Assembly (NCBI GenBank): GCA_963753345.1
Contig: CAVWBU010000028.1
Location: forward strand, 1-64,000
Source: an uncultured Fibrobacterota bacterium
GTDB taxonomy: Bacteria; Fibrobacterota; Chitinivibrionia; Chitinivibrionales; FEN-1185
Reading direction: 5' to 3'
DNA length: 64,000 bases
The notes beneath the pieces are model-generated. The model made no database searches and was not told where the DNA came from. It saw only the letters and a program-made list of their open reading frames with translations. Shown piece by piece: positions 58,864-64,000 of the stretch (position 1 is the stretch's first letter; every line of letters begins with the position of its first letter). The translations under genes were made by a program, and so were the position numbers.

Positions 58864-59724
58864 ATGAATATCGCCAACGCCATTAAAACGGTTCCGCAGC
58901 CGCTTCTCGTGATCTTCTACATCGCGGTCATATTCCTGTTCATGGTGCTCGACATCATCACCGGCCCCGACCTTTCGTTCCTGGTGTTCTACCTTCTCCC
59001 CATCCTTATGGCAGCCTGGTTTTCCGGAAGGCGCATTGCATACGTTGTAACGGTCGCGGGCGCTGCCGCATGGATCTATGCCGATGTAGTTTCGCACACC
59101 ACCTACTCACATCCCATCGTTCCTTTCTGGAACGGCACCGTGGAGTTCTCCGTGTTCCTTATTGCCGCGGAAATCCTTTCGCGCCTCAGGGAGACGCTTG
59201 ACCATGAAAAACACCTTGCGCGGAAGGACGAACTCACGGGCGCGGCCAACCGAAGGGCGTTTTACGAGGCGGCGCAGATCGAGATAGACCGCATGCACCG
59301 TTACAAGCACCCGTTCACGCTTGTCTACATCGACCTTGACAACTTCAAATCGGTCAACGACGCCCTCGGCCACGAGGCCGGCGACCGCGTCCTGAGGCTC
59401 ATTTCCGCGGCGATCATGCGCACCATCCGCTCCACGGACATCTTCGCGCGCATCGGCGGCGACGAATTCGTGGTGTTGCTTGCCGAAACCGGTAAGGACC
59501 AGGCCGCGCCCGTTGTCGAGAAGATCCACGCCGGCCTCATTGATGCCATGCGCAGCGGCGGCTGGCCCGTCACCTTCTCCATCGGCGCCATGACCTACCT
59601 CCGGTCGCCCGGCGATGTCGACGCGCTTGTCAAGAAAGCCGACGACCTCATGTACGGCGCGAAACGGGACGGGAAGGACCGGATTAATTTCGGGGTGTGG
59701 AAGGAGTCGGCGTCGGCGAGATAA
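58864..59724 (+). CDS. Membrane-bound diguanylate cyclase (GGDEF)
   Basis: DUF4118-like TMs; DELTGAANRR; IDLDNFKSVND; RSTD I-site; RIGGDEF. Confidence 0.95.
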   Translation: MNIANAIKTVPQPLLVIFYIAVIFLFMVLDIITGPDLSFLVFYLLPILMAAWFSGRRIAYVVTVAGAAAWIYADVVSHTTYSHPIVPFWNGTVEFSVFLIAAEILSRLRETLDHEKHLARKDELTGAANRRAFYEAAQIEIDRMHRYKHPFTLVYIDLDNFKSVNDALGHEAGDRVLRLISAAIMRTIRSTDIFARIGGDEFVVLLAETGKDQAAPVVEKIHAGLIDAMRSGGWPVTFSIGAMTYLRSPGDVDALVKKADDLMYGAKRDGKDRINFGVWKESASAR

Positions 59725-59765
59725 CAATAGCGAAGCTCGTGATGTTTCGGTTATAACAAACTCAA

Positions 59766-59868
59766 GAACAAATACATAATCAAGATATGGAAAGGGCTCT
59801 GCCCTTTAGATCCCGCTGGGAAAATGCTTATAATATCCCCCCTCCGAACCTCCCCCGGGGGAGGATTT
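59766..59868. repeat. Divergent family A repeat
   Basis: AAAGGGC-TCT-GCCCTTT hairpin followed by GGAAAATGCTT. Confidence 0.6.
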
Positions 59869-59902
59869 GACAGGTGGGATGAGAATCCGTTGGACAATTC
59901 CC

Positions 59903-60572
59903 ATGCAAAACCTTTCCTTCCTCCAAGAACCCAAAGTAATCCAATGGCAGAAACCGTCCTTGACGCGGGCTGTTCAATCAACAAGCTCGTCCCCTTGTCG
60001 CTGCTTTACAAAAAGAACGGCGAACTGCTCTTTGCTTTATGCGAGGCTGATGTAACAGATCCGCAAGGCAATAAACTTCCCCGCTATATCTTCATTCGCG
60101 GCCACGCGGTGATCGTGGTGCCGCTTGTGAAGAACAGGGACACCGGCGAGGAGCGTTTTCTCATGATACGCCAGCGCCGTATCGGCAACGGCGGAAACAA
60201 CCTCGAATTCCCCGCCGGCATGCTCGACCGCGAGGTCAACGCGGCCAGGGCGGTTGCGGTGCGGGAATTGTCGGAGGAGACAGGGCTTGACGTTGAGCGC
60301 CAAGGGACCTTTTTCCGCTTCACGACGGCCCGCTGTACAGCTCCCCTGGTGCAGCAGATGAGGGCATTTACTACTTCGGATGCATTGTTTCGCTTGCCAA
60401 TGCGGAATTCTCCTCGCTTGAGGGACGGCGCGCGGGCAGCGCAGACGACGGCGAATCCATAACGGTCACCCTGCGCGACGCCGGGACGGCCGAGCGCGAA
60501 ACCACATCGCTCCAGGTGCGGCTCGGCCTGCATCTTTTCGCCGCCGCCCGGGCTAATGCCCGCTTGCCATGA
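59903..60572 (+). CDS. NUDIX hydrolase (ADP-sugar pyrophosphatase-like), frameshifts at ~59953 and ~60300
   Basis: MQNLSFLQEPKVIQWQK / TVLDAGC..EFPAGMLD..AVRELSEETGL / LYSSPGAADEGIYYF..ESITV; stop overlaps the next ATG. Confidence 0.8.
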
Positions 60573-62129
60573 AATCATACACCGGCAAACAGACCATCCG
60601 CGAACAGCTTCCCGAGATTCTTTACGACGAATCCCGCTTCACCCTGGGCATTCCGGACGCCGTGTATTTTCCGCAAACGGTTTCCGACGTGAGAGACGTC
60701 GTTCTTGACGCACACAAGTCGAAGGTCCCCATCACCGTGATCGGCGGAAAGACCGGCATCGCCGGCGGCAGCGTTCCCATTGACGGATGCGTCGTGCTCT
60801 GCATGTCGCGACATGAACAGGATCGTTCGCGTTTCATCCGACGCGGACAACGGTTATGAGCTTTGCTGCGAGCCGGGCGTCACCCTTGAGAACATCGCCG
60901 CGTTCCTCGCAGATCCCGGCGCATGGCCATCTCCTGTGGACGGCGCGGCCATTATCACCCCGGCCGGTCTCTTCTACCCTCCCGACCCCACCGAAACAAC
61001 CGCCCAGCTCGGCGGCACCGTGGCCACCAACGCCTCGGGCGCGCGCTCGTTTCGGTTCGGGCCCACGCGGGCGCACGTGATTGAACTCCGGATCGTGCTT
61101 GCCAATGGCGACACGCTCCTGCTCAGGCGCGGAGCATGCGGGGAAAAGAACGGCGTCTTTACGGCCAAAACGGAGCAGGGAAACAACGTCACCATCAGCA
61201 AATCCTCGTACCGTTCCCCTTCTGTAAAGAACGCCAGCGGATACTTTTCTTCGCCCGACATGGACCTGATAGACCTGTTTATCGGTTCCGAAGGCACGCT
61301 CGGGATCTTTACGCAATGCACCGTGCGCCTCATGCCGCAGCCGCGTTTCGCCGCCGGGCTCAGCTTTTTTCCGGACAGGAAAGCCGCGTTCGGCGCGGCG
61401 GCATTTCTCAGAAAACAGCGCCAGGTGTCGGCCATCGAGTATTTCGACCAAAGCGCCCTCGGCTTTCTCGAATCGGCGCGGCGCGAGCTTCCGTTCGACT
61501 TGCCGGAATTTCCGGCCGGCCGCAGAAACGCGGTGTACTGGGAATATCTGGAGACCGACAACGCGCCGTTCGAGGATCAGATGGACAAATGGGAAAGCGC
61601 GCTTGCCGGTTTCGGCTCCTCGTTCGAGCACACGTGGAGCGGATTCGAGGCAAAGGAGGTCGAGCGGCTCAAGGCCATCCGGCACGCCGTTCCCGAGGCC
61701 GTCAACGCCGCCGTCGCGCGCTGCAAGCGCGACTGCCCCGGCATCCGGAAAATTTCCACCGACACCGCCCTTCCGGCGTCCGCGTTCGAGCGGGTCTTCG
61801 AAACCTGCATGGAGAGGATTGCCGCAAGTCAATTGTCACACGCCGTGTTCGGCCACCTCGGGGATTTTCACCTCCACATGAACCTTGTTCCGCGGTCCGA
61901 AGCTGAGCTTGACAAAGCCAAACGCCTCTACGACGACCTGATGCGCATCACGGTGGAGAACGGCGGGACCGTGTCGGCCGAACACGGCATTGGAAAGCTT
62001 AAGACCAAGTATTTGCCTATGATGTATGGCGACGCGGCAATTGAAGAAATGCGGGCGGTGAAATCGGCGCTTGATCCATTATGGCTGCTCAACAGAGGTA
62101 CGCTGCTGGAATATCAACAACAAGGCTAA
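60569..62129 (+). CDS. FAD-linked oxidoreductase (GlcD/D-lactate dehydrogenase-like), +1 frameshift at ~60809
   Basis: GGKTGIAGG; YPPDPTE..GGTVATNASG; IGSEGTLG; FGHLGDFHLH; SAEHGIGKLK; DPLWLLNRG. Confidence 0.9.
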
Positions 62130-62221
62130 TGTTCTTTTCGTTTTCTTCCTTGATTTGCTTTCAACTTTCAACCTTCAACTTTCAACTCTTTGGATATGAG
62201 GGACACTTCCCCCACCAAGTG

Positions 62222-63238
62222 CTATTCACACTGTGATGGCGCCTTCTTGCACTTATCAATACAGGCATCAACAATACCCAGCAAAATTGGAAAAGAAGGC
62301 CTGCCCCGGAGCGCAAACCTCAAGCGCGCAAGCGCCACGGGCACGAAGGTCCGGTACCATGCCTTGCCCTTGCGGATCGAGAGATTTCCGTACGCGCCAA
62401 GCGCCTGCATGAGGCGCTGAACCGCGCAGATCCGGAAATTGCGTAAAGGCACGTTGACAGGTGCAACAGACCGGTAGTATTCAAAAAGCCTTTTGCTCAG
62501 CGCAACGGTCAGCCGCGCCACGTAGGGATCGTACAGCAGCGACGCCGCGTCGTAGCCCGCGGGCCCCCGGCGCGCGCCCTGAAAGTCCACGAACCGCACC
62601 GCGCCGCCGGCAAGCAGGATGTTCTCCGACTGGAAATCGCGGTGGATGCACACCTTGGGAAAGGACGCGGCTTCGGCCGCGATCCGGCCGCGCTCTTGTT
62701 CCCACGCGGAAGTGAGCATTGCGTCAAGCCCGAAATAGTCCCTCACGCAATGCTCGGCGAAGTAGTCGCTTTCCCAGAGGAACATCTCCTGGTCCATGTC
62801 ACGGCCGGAAATCACCGCGCATGACCCGGGATCCACGCGCTGCCATACGGCGAGCGCGTCAAGGACCTTCGGGTAGACACGCGCAACGGAGGCGGGAGCC
62901 GCGCGGCTGCAGAACCGCTTGAGCGTTTCTTCCCCAAGGTCTTCCTCGAGAATAAGGCCGTGCCTGTCGTCGTAGGCGTACAGGTGCGGCAAAAACGGCA
63001 CGAACGGCGCAAGGTCCCGCTGGATGGCGATGAACCGGTCCCAATCGCGGTCGACGCTGTCCCACACCACGAGCACGCACGAGTCCTTGGCGCCGCGCGA
63101 AGCGATGCGCACGAACCTGCGGTCCGATCCGGCCCAGCCGGCGCAGGTGACGCTGCACGTCCGGGCGTCGAACCACGGCACGGTTTCCTTGACAAAGCCC
63201 GCCTGCGCGGGCGTCAATTCCACGGTCTTACGCTTCAA
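62222..63238 (-). CDS. amgK: Aminoglycoside-phosphotransferase-fold sugar kinase (AmgK-like)
   Basis: AGSDRRFVR, EDLG, HRDFQSENI, VDFQGARRGP.YDAASLL.D, QRLMQALGAY; adjacent to a nucleotidyltransferase. Confidence 0.75.
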   Translation of the reverse strand: MKRKTVELTPAQAGFVKETVPWFDARTCSVTCAGWAGSDRRFVRIASRGAKDSCVLVVWDSVDRDWDRFIAIQRDLAPFVPFLPHLYAYDDRHGLILEEDLGEETLKRFCSRAAPASVARVYPKVLDALAVWQRVDPGSCAVISGRDMDQEMFLWESDYFAEHCVRDYFGLDAMLTSAWEQERGRIAAEAASFPKVCIHRDFQSENILLAGGAVRFVDFQGARRGPAGYDAASLLYDPYVARLTVALSKRLFEYYRSVAPVNVPLRNFRICAVQRLMQALGAYGNLSIRKGKAWYRTFVPVALARLRFALRGRPSFPILLGIVDACIDKCKKAPSQCE

Positions 63239-64000
63239 AGGGGATCACTCCGTACGGCGTGACGATCGCGCTATGCAACGACGCGTTGTCCGGAACCACT
63301 GCGCCCCGGAACACCACCACGCGCGAAAGGCTGCTTGACAAAGGGACAGCGTCGGCCTCCACCCACGAATACGGGCCGAGGGCCGCGGCCACCTCGGGCT
63401 TCCACGAACGCGGATACGCCCTCTTCCCTGCCGGATCGACGACGATGTCCTGCGGAACGTCGAGGCCGCATGCTCCGTCAATCACGTCGAAATGGACCTG
63501 CGCGAGCTTGGCGGGCGTCCCCAGATCGTTCCAGTAAACCGGGCATGTTTCGACGATCTTCACGCTCATGCCGGTCTTCTGCATCCGTTTCCAGACGGGC
63601 AGAATCGAAAAATCCGCCTGCCTCAACACATTGAGCATCTGCTTCTTGTAGAAAGCGATGCCGAGAAACTCGGCCTCGAGCGCGCCGTCTCCCCCGTGCT
63701 GCGCGGCTGCGGCGTCTTCGGACCGCGCGCCGATATATTCCCGGTCCCGCTTGCGATACCACACGGTCCCGCGGTCCGACGGCATGGCGACAAGTCCTGC
63801 TTCGCAATCGAGCTTCAGAAATTCCCGCCACACCGCGCCCAGATCGATTGCGGCGATGATGTCGACATTCGCCACGCAGAAAACGTCGTCGGTTCCGAGA
63901 AATCCCCTTGCAAAATGGAGCGCTCCGCCCGTTCCCCTGATGCGGCCGGTCTCATGGAAAATGACGCATCGGCCGCCCTGGGAGTCGAGAAATGTTTTGA
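63228..64000 (-). CDS. murU: Sugar-phosphate nucleotidyltransferase (MurU-like), 5' end beyond the window
   Basis: FHETGRIRGTGGAL, ANVDI, FLGIA, YWNDLGTP; frame open to the window edge. Confidence 0.7.
   Translation of the reverse strand, partial: KTFLDSQGGRCVIFHETGRIRGTGGALHFARGFLGTDDVFCVANVDIIAAIDLGAVWREFLKLDCEAGLVAMPSDRGTVWYRKRDREYIGARSEDAAAAQHGGDGALEAEFLGIAFYKKQMLNVLRQADFSILPVWKRMQKTGMSVKIVETCPVYWNDLGTPAKLAQVHFDVIDGACGLDVPQDIVVDPAGKRAYPRSWKPEVAAALGPYSWVEADAVPLSSSLSRVVVFRGAVVPDNASLHSAIVTPYGVIPFEA

Overview
GC-rich bacterial chromosomal window. The many secreted glycan-active proteins with Por/T9SS-like C-terminal domains, plus a lineage-typical outer-membrane protein, suggest Fibrobacterota (Chitinivibrionia-like); this taxonomy is inference. 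It holds about 50 CDS: a DUF6057-like/TolB-like pair, two GH16, a GH30, beta-helix and CBM proteins, PAS histidine kinases with receivers, a GGDEF protein, a PIN/AbrB toxin-antitoxin pair, an atypical ABC transporter, HAD, NUDIX, a FAD-linked oxidase and AmgK/MurU-like genes. I saw no rRNA, tRNA, CRISPR array or transposase. The most notable features are: (1) a compact three-gene operon (11588-21328) encoding a beta-barrel, a 1937-aa TANFOR-like protein and a multi-FN3 protein, a candidate uncharacterised surface or export system; (2) a ParA ATPase-TM-LysM-like-M23 peptidase fusion; (3) nested intergenic structured elements, including a 27-nt module inserted precisely into three different host hairpins and two larger families with compensatory base changes; (4) a four-helix-bundle gene bracketed by inverted heptamer arrays inside an operon. 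Several genes carry single-base frameshifts that may be sequencing errors.
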